Assembly (NCBI GenBank): GCA_013239625.1
Contig: MU054117.1
Span: 250,001 to 314,000 of the forward strand
Source of the DNA: Lama guanicoe
Taxonomy: Eukaryota
Length of the DNA stretch: 64,000 nucleotides
Direction of reading: 5' to 3'
Below, one piece after another: positions 50,561 through 63,236 of the stretch (positions are counted from its first letter, which is position 1; the number at the start of each line of letters is the position of its first letter). Below the pieces are notes generated by a model that was not told where the DNA came from, did not search any database, and saw only the letters and a list, made by a program, of their open reading frames with translations. A program made the position numbers and the translations under genes.

Positions 50561-52750
50561 AAGAAACTTGTCTTCAGATTTCTTCCAGGCTCAAACCGTA
50601 TGTGCCGTACTCGGCAGTGCAAGAACTCTGATCAGTCACTGCCACGAGCAAAAGTGAGCAAGCGCTTTTAAAAAAAACCTTCCTTTTACCTACCGATACT
50701 CCCTCAGACAACTTCCAGGACAGAAGCAGGGCAACGCCTGTGCTGAGAAGTCTGGGTTAGCCCTGCAAGTTCCACAGAATCACCTCAAACCCAGTACCCG
50801 CTAAGTTTGCTCGTGACCTGTTCTTAATCAGAAACAGAGAGCACCTGAACATTCCAGAGTCTTGCCAGAGAGAGGACACAGCCTGCTGGATCTGACTGTG
50901 TATAAGGCTTCCTGTATGAGAGGGGTCCCCCCACCCCCTGCATTGTGGATTTTATCATCAAGTCAAGGAGGACGGTCAGAAGAGTCCCTCGACAGTATGA
51001 ACCACCTGCTGTAACTGAGTTGCACTTCGGTGACATTTCCCTGCTTTTATCTAGAAGTACAGTAAGAGACAGTGTCTTGAAACCTAATACTGCATCTGAT
51101 ACTGACATTTTCCACTGCATTTCCTTGTGCCCTAAGTCAAAAAAAAAATCTCTTAAAGAATAACATTCCACTGAAAAGGAAACAGTACAGCTTCCAGTTA
51201 TGGGAAACCCTTGGGGCGAAACTCGAGCACTAAACACAGCACCCAGCCTGTGGTTCCAGGGACCAGACACTGCAGGGGAAAGTCCAGACACAGCAGGTCC
51301 CTCGGCTGCGACGCAGTCCCCGCTGTCCTGCTCGACCCCCCTCTGCTCGGCACGTCCAGACGGCAGACGCAGCCTGCTCACTCTCAGAGGAGAACATGCA
51401 GTGTTCACAGGGTTTGCACTGTCGGCCCGCCTTCAGACAGCCACTGGGAATCCTGGGCCGCGCTCCTGGCGGATGAGGAGGAACTTCTGTACCCTGCCAT
51501 TCTGTTGTGGCCCTGCCTCAGAACTCAGAGCTGAATTCAGACTGACCGCTCAGAGCCAGGCCACGGTGGAGGGGCTCACAAGCCCCCGGTCTGTGCCTTA
51601 GTACTCCCACTGTGCAAATGTACAGTCATCTTATTCTGATTTCATTCGAGTGCTGTTTGCTTATTCAGATTTTCGCATTACATATTATTGTAAGTCACAT
51701 TAAATTCTATACGGTAAGAAATTTTTAAAAATTCATTGCTGTTCCTAACCAGTATGAACTCATTGTCAATTTGTTCACCAATAAAAAAGGCTCTTTATTC
51801 TACATTTTAACCCAACCTGGGCTGCCCTTCCTTTTCCTGATTATTCAGCTCTGTCCACCCTGCAAGGACCAACTTCAGTCTCTCTACTTTTCCACGGTAT
51901 CTTCACGGCTACTTAATGCATCACTGACATTTGAGTATTTATACCACTTAGTCTGTGCCACACAGTTTAACATTTAAATATACACTGTGCTCTATCATTT
52001 AATAATTTCACAGTTTATTACCACTGATCTGACCAGACTGCAAACTACTTGAGATAGTCCCTTTGTCCCAGACTTGTGTCAAGTAAGGACTGAAAAAGCA
52101 CGCAAGTACTCGACAGCCAAGGCCACCACTGCCCGTGACAAAGTCACACACACGGCACACACGTCCAGCCCCGCTGGGGAGAGGGGGTGCCGAGGGAAAG
52201 ACGATAAAATCAAAGTCACAAACACACTCAGAGAAGCTTTAAAAGGGTGTCAGTGTATGTTGAGGCTATGTGAAATGACGAAAGTTGAAAGAAACGGAGA
52301 AAACGAGGAGTCAGTGTAGGTAAGAGAACAAGAACACAGACCGGCCACAACCGGCAGCACTGAGGACACTCAGTCGTGGTGGCGGAGCTGTGGCGGAGAG
52401 CACTGAGGACGAGGCGAAGGGGGAGCGCGGGGCCTCATCCACCATCTCCACGCTCGGCGGGCGTTCATCAGTGTCTGAATCGGGATGGCAGACGTGGAAC
52501 GCTCGGGGTTAGGCCTGGTCCGTCCACCCACCCCACTTACAGAACTGAAATGACCTGCCCAGGCGCAAGTAAATCACACAGAAACAAGATATTCTGGAAA
52601 GTAAACTTACGACTGAACCCAAGAACACACGAGTCTAATTTCCGATGCACGATGAACAAGAAGGAATACATGAACGTGTTACCTGCCGTCTGCCTCTTTT
52701 TGGACAATCTGCAAACCTAAAACATATACACACCCACACACCCAATCACG

Positions 52751-52780
52751 CCACCACCACCACCACCACCACCACCACCA
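52751..52780. repeat. (CCA)n trinucleotide microsatellite
   Basis: About 10 perfect CCA units. Confidence 0.9.
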
Positions 52781-53289
52781 ATGACATGATGTCTCGGTCA
52801 CCATATGCCTCACCCCCCAGACTGAAGAGAAGCAGCTGACTGAAGGAGCACCTGTTCGCATGAGGCCGATGTGACGCTAATTACACACGACAAGCTGTCA
52901 CACTCGATAATAAGCCACGTGGAAACCCCGAATCAGAAAGTCTCCTGCTGTCAGGACACAAAAGGCTGTTTCTTCAGCTAACCAATGACACAGACAGATT
53001 CAGTGATTTTCATTTAATCAACCCCTCCCCACCCAGACTTTCAGAAGCACAGAGCCACAAGGGAGCACCAGTGCAGCATAAATCCTGCAGCGTAAACCCA
53101 GAAAAATAATTCAAAGATAAACAGGCTTTAGCACCCTAAACCCCACCCACTTCAGTGTCAAGTAAAGGGTCAGGTGAGGCAGCAGCCATCACATTCCAGC
53201 CCTGAAATGCACTCAAAGTGAGTGTTGGACCGAAAAGTTTAGAACCGTGTATGGGCTAGACCTTCCAGAGCAAAATACTTCCTAAATCG

Positions 53290-53470
53290 ACGGTTCCCCA
53301 AACTAAGGGCACATCAAAACTACCAAGAGAACATTGAATGATAATTAAATAATAATTAAAAACACAGATTCTCAGGACCCAGCATGAAGCACTTGGTTCA
53401 CGGTCTAGGGTAGGGCTCCACGATCTTTGTTTTAGTAAGTATTCAGGCAGTTAGACTTGACAAACACTAT
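53290..53470. mobile_element. MER5A-like hAT-Charlie MITE
   Basis: cggttccccaaact...aaaacacagattctcaggaccc...ggtctagggtagggctcc...ttgacaaacact. Confidence 0.6.
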
Positions 53471-53964
53471 TCGAGACAACCCAAATGATTATAGCCAAAC
53501 TGAGAGCATCTACTGAACAGCACAGACAACACAGTTCACCTGTTCATTCAACAGCAAAACCGGATACCCCGGATGACACCACACTGGACCAGTAGGCAAG
53601 AAATCAGACGGATGAAACCCACCGAATTCCAGAAGAGCCAGTCACAATGATGGTTCTCAGGCTCAGTGTTACCAAACTCCCCAGCTATCCTGCAGATAAG
53701 GCGACAAATTTGCAGGAGGACAGGTTCGGAAGAGAATACAAAGAAAATCCAACCATGACCAAACATCTCCTCTTCCTGCAGAAAGACTGAGACAGAATGA
53801 GACAGTACGCCCTCCAGAAACAGCGGGCTGGAAGCAGAGTCTGGGACTGGGTGTGTGACTCTGTCTGGAAAAGTCGACCTGAGACGACCATGCTCCCCAC
53901 ACTGATCTATGGAGCCAGTGCAACTCCTGCCAAAACTCCCAGCTCCCCTTTCTCCAGATACGGA

Positions 53965-55670
53965 CAAGACTACCCTGAAATCCACACAGAACTGCAAGAC
54001 ACAAAAGAGTCAAAGCGATTTTAAAAAAGAACAGGATTGAAAGAGTCATACCTCACAATTTCAAAACTTACTACAAAGCTGTAAGTAATCAAAACAGTGT
54101 GGTAATAATATAAGAATAGACATAAAGACCAATGGAATTTCTGAGGGGCCAGAAATCAACCCATGTATCTAAGGTTAACTGATTCCTGATAAGGGTACCG
54201 AGGCCATTTACTGAAGAAAAATATACTCTCTTCAACAAATGATGCTGGGACAACTGGGCATTACCAAGCAAAAGAGCGAATTCAGACCCTCACCTCACAT
54301 CATATAAAAAAATCAATTCAACACTGATCAAAGAGCAATATTTAAAAGCTAAAACTTTAAAACTCTTACAAGGAAACAATATAGTTGAAAATGTGCATGA
54401 CCCTGAATTAGGCAATGGTTTCCTAGATATGACCCCAAAACACAAGAAACTGAAGAAAATAAAGTGGACTTCACAAAAATTTAAAACTTTTCTACGTCAA
54501 AGGACACTACAAATACAGCGAAAACACAAACCACAGGACGGAAGACAGTACCGGGAACTCACATATCTGATAAGGGCCTGGTATCCAGAATTTATAAAGA
54601 ACTCTCACAACTCAACAACAGAAAGACAAATAACCCAATTTTAAAATGGACAAAGAACATGAACAGACATTTCTCCAAAGTTATACAAGTGGCCAACAAG
54701 CACATGAAAAGGTGTTTGACATCAACAGCCATTAGGGAGACGCACATTAAAACCCAATGAGCTACCACTGCACACCCACCAGGACAGCTGTAACTCAAAG
54801 CCAGCAAGTTTGGCAAAGATGCAGGGAACCTGGAACCCTCCTACACTGCTGGTGGGAATAGTGCAGCCACTTTGGAAGACAGCTGCTACACTCTCACCAT
54901 GTGACCCAGCAATCATGCTCCTCAGTATCTACCCAAATGAGTTTAAAACTTACATCTACACAAACACCTGCACATCAGTACTTACAACAGCTTTACGTGT
55001 AACTGTCAAAACCTGGAAGCAACCAAGATGTTGTTCCTCAACAGGTGAATGAATAAAACAAAGCACAGTGCCTCCAAACAGTGGAAGCTATTCAGCAAGA
55101 AGAAATCAGCCACCACAAGAAGACACCTCTCAACCCTCATCAGGGTGACCATTACTTAAAAAAGCAGAAAACAGCAGTGCTGGTGAGGATGTGGAGAAAC
55201 CAGAACCCCGAGCACTGCTGATGGGAACGTCCAATGACGCAGCCACGGTGGAAAAAGCATGGCACTTCCTCAGAAAAATCAAACATGGACTGACCCAGCA
55301 GTCCTGCACCTGGGTATGCACCCAGAGGAACTGAAAGCAGAAACTCACACAGATCACTTGTATACCAATGTTTACAGCAGCATTATTCACAACAGCCAAA
55401 AGGCAGAAATAACCCAGTGTCCATGAGCAGACGAATGGATAAACAAAATGTGCTTTGTGCATACACTGAAATATGACTCAGCCTTAAAAAGGAATGAAAT
55501 TCTGATACACGCTACAACACGGATGAACCTCAACGACATTATGCTAAGCAAAATAAGCCAGACACAAAAGGACAAATACTGTATGATTCCACTCAAATGA
55601 GATGTCTAGAACAGTCAAATTCATGCAGACAGAAAGTCAACTAGTGTTTCACTAGGGAGGAAGGGGGGCT
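53965..55670 (+). mobile_element. LINE-1 ORF2 C-terminal region plus 3'UTR (composite, degraded)
   Basis: tttcaaaacttactacaaagct...atcaaaacagtgtggta (FKTYYKA..IKTVW), gaacagacatttctccaaag, L1M 3'UTR phrases. Confidence 0.9.
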
Positions 55671-56592
55671 AGTGTTTATCAGATGAACAAGTCAGCGGCA
55701 ACGCAACGTTCCTAGTCAACAAACGTAAACTTGCTCTCCTTCCTAAGAAGTGTCTTCTTGTTAAACCCTTGTTAACGACAACACCAAGGTGCCGTGCGTT
55801 ACCAGGCGCAAGGCTGAACAGAACAAGCTATTACTTAGCATCAAACATGCAAGTTGACAGGACTTCTACTAGGCAGGATATATAAACGAACTATTTCAGC
55901 ACAAACGAACAGTCTGGAAGAGCTGACAACTTCTGGAAAAGTTAACAGAAGAGTTAACTATTTATGGGAGAGTCTGTTCCTAGCACATGACTCACTTGGG
56001 AAAAATGAAAGACATTTAATGCGGCAGAAATCTTGAGTCATGAATCGGATCACCTCTGTTGGCCTCTTCCTCTCACACCTACTGCTTCATCAACGTGAAA
56101 CCAAACCCTGTCCAGCCTACAGCAGCGAATGCTATGGCAGACCCTGCTAGTAACAGCACAGCGCAGAAGTGAGTCCCCCATCACGTCTGAGATGCAAACA
56201 GGACAGCAACGCAGCCGACAGCAACCAGGGCCTCCTTCCTTCTAAGAGGTCAGCACAACACATGCTTGCGCTTGCGCACAAACACTCTGTATTCAGTCCT
56301 AAGATGACAGCATGAGGACAGCAACCAGATCTCAAAAATGAAACAAAACAAAAACATCAAAGCAGGTGAATGCCTCAGATTTAAAAAGGAGATTCTACAA
56401 AGTTCAGGTAGGAAAAAATTCTGTGTTCAAGCGAGGAAAAACCTGATCAGCGCAGGCTTGTGTAAATGCTTAAAGTCCTTACAAATTTAGTCACAGCTGT
56501 TGAAAAGGCGTAGTTTTTGTGGCACATGGAGTCTGTTACAGTTAAGAAATATCACAGGTGGAATCTGGGTAGATGGGCAAGTATGTATGTAC

Positions 56593-56646
56593 TAGGGTGA
56601 CCAAGTTTTACTCGAGCCTGGGCACACTACACAGCTGGTCACCCTA
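56593..56646. mobile_element. 54-bp MITE-like element with 11-bp perfect terminal inverted repeats (MER81/MER94-like hAT)
   Basis: TAGGGTGACCA (56593-56603) ... TGGTCACCCTA (56636-56646). Confidence 0.6.
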
Positions 56647-57529
56647 ACATGCATGCATGGGAGATGTGTCGATTAGGACAGGCTAGTCTCTGCTGCGGAA
56701 ACAAATAAAGCCCAAGGTTTCAGCGACCTAACCCAAAGGCCCACGTCGCCCTTGTGTTACAGATCTAAGCTGGGGAGCCAGGAAACCGCTTCCTGGAGTC
56801 ACTTACAGCCTGCCTGACGCTGGGCCTGCCCCACTGCAACTGTGCCCTTAGGAACACACGTCCCCCTTAAATCCACACACACAGGCAGACAAGGGGAAAG
56901 AACGGGAGGAGGCACACTGCTTCTAAATACGACAGCCTAGGAGGAACACAGTCACAGCCACCTGTACTTCACCGGCCTGGGCCCTGCACAGATGCATCTC
57001 CCACGGGCCCAGGAAGGGGAAAAGGAAAGACGCGGGGAAGTGGCAGGAAGCGGCACCGGAGTCCACTGCTCCAGAGCAGCTCGGCTCCGGAGAGAAACAG
57101 GCAGGAGTAAGCATGGCTGGTCAGAGTACCAGGCGAGGACAGACCTGAGACACAGCAGGCCACGGGTCACGGAGACCAGCTGCATCTTGTAGCGCAGCCC
57201 CAGGGGGAGGGAGCGACCTGGGCTCCTGATTTAAGTAAGAGGCAGTGCCAGGAAGCTCAACCTGCTTATAGCAAAACACGTGATGTAGAGGCGTGAAACG
57301 AAGGAGGAAAATCAGGAGACATCTGCAATAATTTGAAGCAAAGCCTGAAGGATAATGAGAATCACCATAAAATCGGGACAGCTGGTAACGGTGACACAGA
57401 CAGAGGGCAAGAAGCAGACATAAGAGCTGCAGGATGACTCTGGTGTTTCAAGCCTGGGCAGCAGGAGGTCTCCCTAACAAATTACTGTAAGAACAGGGGC
57501 AAGCTTAGAGGGGAATATAAAAAACCGAG

Positions 57530-57748
57530 TTCTAGACCCGTGTGTCTAATAATATTGCAGCCACTGGCCACATGCAGCTTTTTAAGTTAAAAAAATTAAA
57601 TAAAATTAAAAATTCAGTTCCTCAGTTGCACTGGTCACATTTCAAGCATCCAACTGTCACATATGACTTGTGACTGTAGTACTGGGCAGAGTTGATCTAG
57701 AACATTTTCATCACTGCACAAAGTCCTAATAAATAGTGTTTTTCTAGA
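57530..57748. mobile_element. MER3-like hAT-Charlie MITE
   Basis: gcagccactggccacatg...aaaattcagttcctcagttgcactggtcacatttcaag...ctagaacattttcatcactgcacaaagt. Confidence 0.75.
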
Positions 57749-57959
57749 CCTACCAAGCTATAACCAGTCAGGGGAAGGTTTTGGAAATGTAAATGAGACT
57801 GGAAACTGGAAAGAAAAAGTTTTAAGGAATTTGCAGGTTAATCAATTACCTTTTACCAGTAAAAACTGGTGAACACCCTAAACGTCCTACAGTAGGAGAC
57901 TGTCGATATTTACTTATTTACATGGAAAAGTGTTCGATTATACTGTTAGCTTTTAAAAT

Positions 57960-58088
57960 GGGAGGAGAGTACAGCTCAGTGGTAGAGCACATGCTTAGGA
58001 TGCACAAGGTCATGGGTTCGATCCCCAGTACCTCCATTACACAAATAATAATAATAAATAAACCTAATTACCTCCCCCCTAAAAAAAT
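57960..58088 (+). mobile_element. tRNA-derived camelid-type SINE (Vic-like)
   Basis: gagtacagctcagtggtagagcacatgcttaggatgcacaaggtcatgggttcgatccccagtacctcc (A/B boxes) plus aataaacctaattacctccccc tail. Confidence 0.85.
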
Positions 58089-58398
58089 GTTACAAAGGGT
58101 CAGGGATATGACCACATTTTTACAAGCTGTAAATTCCAGCTTACATGTATCTATAAAAATGTTCAGAAAAACGTTAACACTTCTTAATTTGTTACTGGAT
58201 TACAGGATTTTTTTTAACTCTTCTAAATACTTTCATATGCATTATTTAAATAATAAAAAAGAAATACGATTAAAGAATGCAAATGACAGGAGACAGATGT
58301 GAGCCTACTATAAAAACAGCATTTAGTTCTGTGCATAAATGGACTAAACTCTTTAATTATGAGGAAAATAATGTTCTTTTCACACTGATGTAACATAA

Positions 58399-59868
58399 CA
58401 GGTGTCAGCAAACTAGGGCCTGTCAGCTAAATCTGCCTTCTGCGTATTTTTACACAGCCCACGAGCTAAGAATGGTTTTTACATTTTTTAATGGCTGAAA
58501 AAAAAATCAAGGTTAATACTACATGACATGTAAAAATTTTAGGAAATTCAGTGCCCAAAAATAAAATTTACCTGGAATACGGCCACAGTCACTCAGTCAC
58601 GTGCTGTCACGGCTGTCCTGGGCCACACTGGGAGAGGCGGGCAGCCGCGCTCACCACACGCTGCAGTGAGCCCAGCACACGCCACGACCATGTGCACGCC
58701 GCAGCACAACTTTCACTGTACCTGGGCCCACCCACTGTGCGAAACCAAGGAAAGGAAAGCAGACTTGGAACATCATGCTTTTAAGACACAGTGGACTAGA
58801 CTAATTTGTCATCAAATTAGAGGCAAAGTACTGTTGACACAGTGGCATCACAGCTGTGCTGGAAGAACATAGTTCACATCGCTCCTAACAGACTCCAGTG
58901 CGCTCAGTGTCCCCAACTCACAAGGGAACAACTGTCAGAAAAATTAGCAAATTTAAAATGGACCATCTCATCATAGAATTTATTTGTGAAATAAGAAACG
59001 AAAATGAAGCCACAACCCAAGTTCGCAAATGGCTCAGCTGTTAGCCAAGTAAGGAGAGCCACTCACGGATGTTGAGTCAATGAAGTTAGATTCTACTGCA
59101 GCAGCTGAAGAAATGTGTCCAAGAAATACAGACGTTTAATATTATTAGTCTTTTGGAGAGAACAGCTGCTCGATGAGTTGAAGACAATGAGCACAACCAC
59201 AGTCATCAAACAAAACACAAGGCAAGCAGCTCTGAGTGGCGGTCCTGGCTCCGGACGTGCTGACTGGTGTCTGAAACGCGGTCACTACCCATTCAAGAGG
59301 TGACGCCGTGAGAGACTGGGGAAGCCACCCGGTCTGTGCACAGCAGTCACAGACCAGAACAGTTTCAAAGAAACTGAAGAAACTCTAATTCTCTACAACC
59401 CGACATGGACTCTGCTGAGACGTGTTACTGATAGTGGCAAAAATACGTCTGGAGCAGAAAAAGGCTTATTAGTTGCATAAACTTGCGAAGACTGAAAAGG
59501 TAAGGTATTTAAAACCTGTGGTTATTCACTGTAGTATCAGCAGGTACTCTGGAAAATATTTAAATCTGGCCAGTGTTAATGAACCATGAGTTTCAACAGT
59601 GACCTCACTTACTGTCATGGACTTAATCACTGCAGGCTTCAAGAGTTAAGCTGGGTATCCTGACACACCTCATCACACAGCAGCCCAACTCTGAAGAGTG
59701 GCACCATTTCGCTGCAATTTTTTGAGCTAAAAAATGAGACTGAAATTTTTCCAAAAGGGAACTGTACTCACCCACTATTATCAAATAATGAATAGCTTTG
59801 GAAACTAGCTTTCACTGCAGATTTGAAAATGTTTCATAGTGAACTAAATCAAAAATCACAAGGCCTGC
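58399..59868 (+). mobile_element. hAT DNA transposon fossil (MER58/Cheshire-like) with degenerate transposase
   Basis: MER58-like end caggtgtcagcaaact...cagcccacgagctaagaatggtttttacatt, then frameshifted hAT transposase-like peptides (AAEEMCP, WTLLRRVTDSGKNTSGAEKGL, VVIHC, WKLAFTADL...ELNQKSQG). Confidence 0.7.
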
Positions 59869-61584
59869 TGTTTGCTAATCCCGCCCTGGACAATGTTCCT
59901 AAGACTCAATGATGGCCCCTTAGGCTGCGTTCCCCTTGTTGAGTCCCCAAGTAAAGAAGGTCACCCCCTCAAGGGACACACTGACTCCTGGGTCCAAACA
60001 GCAGAGCAAGCACTGTTCCCTGGTGCTGGAGTTCACGCCCCACAGATCACCCAGGACCTGTCCTTAACTTCAGGTGCCACAGCCAAGAGATGGCTGCCCT
60101 ACGAGACGGCGCAGCAGTCTGGGTGCCCTCAGCTGGTGCACGCATCCTGGCCCATCCGGATGGGCGGGGAGGAGAGCGTACGGCTGCCAGCACCTCCCGC
60201 TAAGCTGGGTTATTACAACTGGTTTGGTGGAACAATCCACATGTGCTGAGGAAGGAAGCTAAGTGATTACCTGCAAAAAACCTTCTGGTCCCTCTGGGAC
60301 CTACTCATTTGGCTGAAACTGGGGTTCTGAGGTGCTTGGCAAGATCAACAGTGCAGAATTAATGTCCCCATTGTGCTAATTCAAACTCTGCTCAATGGCC
60401 TTAAGCAGGTGATACCTGAGACAAGCAAGATTTCACCGAATGTCACCACGTGTCATCCTGAGGGGTGAACTGCTGGGAGCGGTAGTCTGGACGAGCCTCA
60501 AGCATCCCTGTGTATCCTTGCTGAGGGTAACAAACTAAAGGCCCCACTGTTGTCTGCCTGACCCTCTACGCTCATGGGTCCAGGGACCCCATGGCAGCTC
60601 AGTCCCTGGGGCAGGGGACTCAGCTTGCTACGGCTTGCTGCAGGAGTGCTACGCCCTCAGCGCTGGGTTCCCCAGCTGCAGCACAACACGAAATACTCCC
60701 GACCAGGTTCATTGCGTTGCCCTGTGGAACCTGGGAGCAGGGGGACCAGGGCCGGTGCAGCAACACCCCTGGGTTTGCTGGGCTGAGTCACACGCCGTCC
60801 TGCTCTCACCCATTGAGCCTCTTGTCTACTTTGCACCTATAGAGTTAGGGGGCTGAAGGATAAAAGCCACATGTGTTCCACAGAATTAATTCCCAGAATC
60901 TTCCACCTACACAGAAATGTCGAAGACATAGTTCCTACTCAGGGACTACGGGAGGAGCTAACCACACGTGCATTAAACACAATCAAGGCAACAACTCAGC
61001 TGGACCCCCAGCAAGTCTGCACGGCAGACGCTCGTTCCGTCTAAACGCCTGAGTCTTAGAACAACAGGATCCTCATTAGCACAAGTTCTAACTAGTCCTT
61101 AAGACAATGTGCAAAATCTTAAAAAGATAACGCTACACAGTATGACAACCTATAGGACAGATTTATTTTGAATGGCAAACTCCTCATGAAAATACTTTAC
61201 TCTTTGATTCAGGAATTTGACTCTAGATGATTTAGAAAAGTAAATAACCAGGAAAAAAAGCAACATACAGAAGCACTCTTAACTGAGCTCCACTCAAGCG
61301 AACTACAAGACCTGCTCCTGTGTCTCTACAGACCCCGCTGACTCTGCCCCAGCGGGCTGGACACTGCAGGGGCTGCCACTTCCAGCACACCTGTGTAGGT
61401 GTTGGCCTAACAACAGTCAGTTATTTTTCTCCCAGTCTTTTTGTGAACGTTATAATGGTCACTGAAATCACATAATTTATTTAAAATCACAGGTATCATC
61501 GAAATACGACTGCACAAGGAGACTTGGTATTTCTATGAAAGCTAAATGTTTTGGGAAGTTGCTCTAAAAATACCATCACAATTC

Positions 61585-61737
61585 TTACATATAACACAGG
61601 GAACTATGGTCAATATCTTATAAAACTTTTAATGAAAAATATGAAAATGAATATACATGTGTATGCATGACTGGGACACTGCGCTCTCCACCAGAAACTG
61701 ACACATGGTAACTGACTATACTTCAGTTAAAAAAAAA
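61585..61737 (+). mobile_element. L1 3' end (camelid/cetartiodactyl type)
   Basis: ataacacagggaactatggtcaatatc...ccagaaactgacacatggtaactgactatacttcagttaaaaaaaaa. Confidence 0.75.
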
Positions 61738-62345
61738 TCACAAATCAGGTGTGGGAGAAACACCTGTGAAAGCTGGGGACCAGCACAGAAACCCCAGAAC
61801 GACACTCAACGGCACTGCCTTGAAGGAGCCTTTACGCTCCCACCCCACTACAAACAGGCACAAGTTCAAAACTATGGGGAGAGAGAGGCTTTATAGCAGG
61901 AAGGTGACACGCAGTTCCAATCAACAGATCCATATTCAAAAAGAAAAAGGCCTCGGCCCTACACTAAAATTGCCAAATAAAAGTACATTTATTAACATTT
62001 TAAATTAAAATTTCTTATAACCTCTTTATTTATGACCCCCTGTGACTTTTTCAATTAAAGCCCTTCTACCAATGCTAGTAACCTAAGTAAAAAGTGTTCT
62101 ATGGTAAACCAAAAATTGTGCAGCAGCGCTACTAACGTTTTGAAAAAAACAGAAACATTCAGACGTGTAATAATGGAGATGAAACATGGAAACATGTATG
62201 TTTTAAGATAAAACAGTGAAAAACCTACAAACAATTGATTACAACTATATGAAAACTATGTATATATCAATAAATATCAGAAGACAATAAAAAGTAAAAT
62301 AGTTTTACTTTTTTTGCTGTGTGAGTTTCATCAAATAATAAACAT

Positions 62346-62383
62346 TTGGAAGGCAGCTATGCTCACCACTACACCACCAACGC
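62346..62383 (-). pseudogene. Tailless retropseudogene: 5' half of tRNA-Gly(TCC)
   Basis: Reverse complement GCGTTGGTGGTGTAGTGGTGAGCATAGCTGCCTTCCAA matches nt 1-38 of mammalian tRNA-Gly-TCC as recalled (1 mismatch); flanked by a 15-bp TSD. Confidence 0.85.
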
Positions 62384-62760
62384 CTTCAAATAACAAACAT
62401 CTGGGATCACATTTTCTTTTATGAGTTTTTAAAGTCATTTTGATGTGATTTTTGTTTAAACAGTAACCTACCTTGGGGTACTTAAAATATGATTCAATAT
62501 TTAAAAATAGAACACACCCATTAGTTATATGTCAGTATTTAAATTCGGTTTTTAGGACACCTTCTGTCATCCCTCCTAACTGTCAGAGTGGCTACTGGTC
62601 TCCGTCATTTCTGAATTTCCTTTCTTGAGCTAGAAGAGCAGCAGATAAATCAGAACTCCCTCCATGGCTACAGTAAACACCTATGGATGAGAATAAAGTT
62701 ATAGACTCCAGTAAATGTTTTAAGCTTTGTTTGGCAAATTATCTAAAGAAGGGTATATAC

Positions 62761-62925
62761 GGGGGGAGGGTACAGGTCAGGGGTAGAGTGCGTGCTTAGC
62801 ACACACAAGGTCCTGGGTCCAATCCCCAGTATGTCCTCTAAAAAATAAATAAATAAACCTTATTACCTCCTTCCCCCTGCAAAAAAATAAAAAAGAAAAA
62901 CAAAAAACAAAAAAGTAAGAAAATA
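62761..62925 (+). mobile_element. tRNA-derived camelid-type SINE (Vic-like)
   Basis: ggggagggtacaggtcaggggtagagtgcgtgcttagcacacacaaggtcctgggtccaatccccagt plus A-rich tail. Confidence 0.85.
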
Positions 62926-63063
62926 AAGAGAGGAAAATACAACTTCATAATACAAAGAATTGTGTTAAAACTCCCATCAGATAGATTAGTGTTTAAATCT
63001 AATATCCTTGAAAAAAGGTAATTCAAAGAACTGTGTTATAAATTTAAAAATAATTATATAATT

Positions 63064-63236
63064 TTTTTTCATTTAAAATTTTAAAAATATTTTATTACTG
63101 TATTACTTATTTTGTTTTGGCGGGGTTGGGGGAGGGTAGTTAGATTTATTTTTTTAGAGGAGGCACTGGGGATTGAACCCAGGACCTCAGGTATGCTAAG
63201 CATGCACTTTACCACTTGAGCTCTACTCTCCCCCCG
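63064..63236 (-). mobile_element. tRNA-derived camelid-type SINE (Vic-like)
   Basis: Reverse complement ggggagagtagagctcaagtggtaaagtgcatgcttagcatacctgaggtcctgggttcaatccccagtgcctcc; flanking repeat tatataatt at 63055-63063 and 63237-63245. Confidence 0.85.

Noticed and set aside
50824..51408. 194-aa minus-strand ORF with a T-rich acceptor-like site (ttttttgacttag) near 51132, a possible cryptic BCL2L13 exon
   Set aside because: No convincing donor, no homology recognised, and the 423-aa CDS is complete without it
52679..52861. ORF with a poly-Trp / poly-Thr run
   Set aside because: Translation of a (CCA)n microsatellite
57960..58035. tRNA-like sequence (also at 50434, 62761, 33327, 63064)
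   Set aside because: Followed by a SINE-specific AT-rich tail and mostly flanked by TSDs; these are tRNA-derived SINEs, not tRNA genes
59870..60875. Possible LTR inserted into the hAT fossil
   Set aside because: The composition shift is suggestive, but I could not identify the family, termini or TSD reliably
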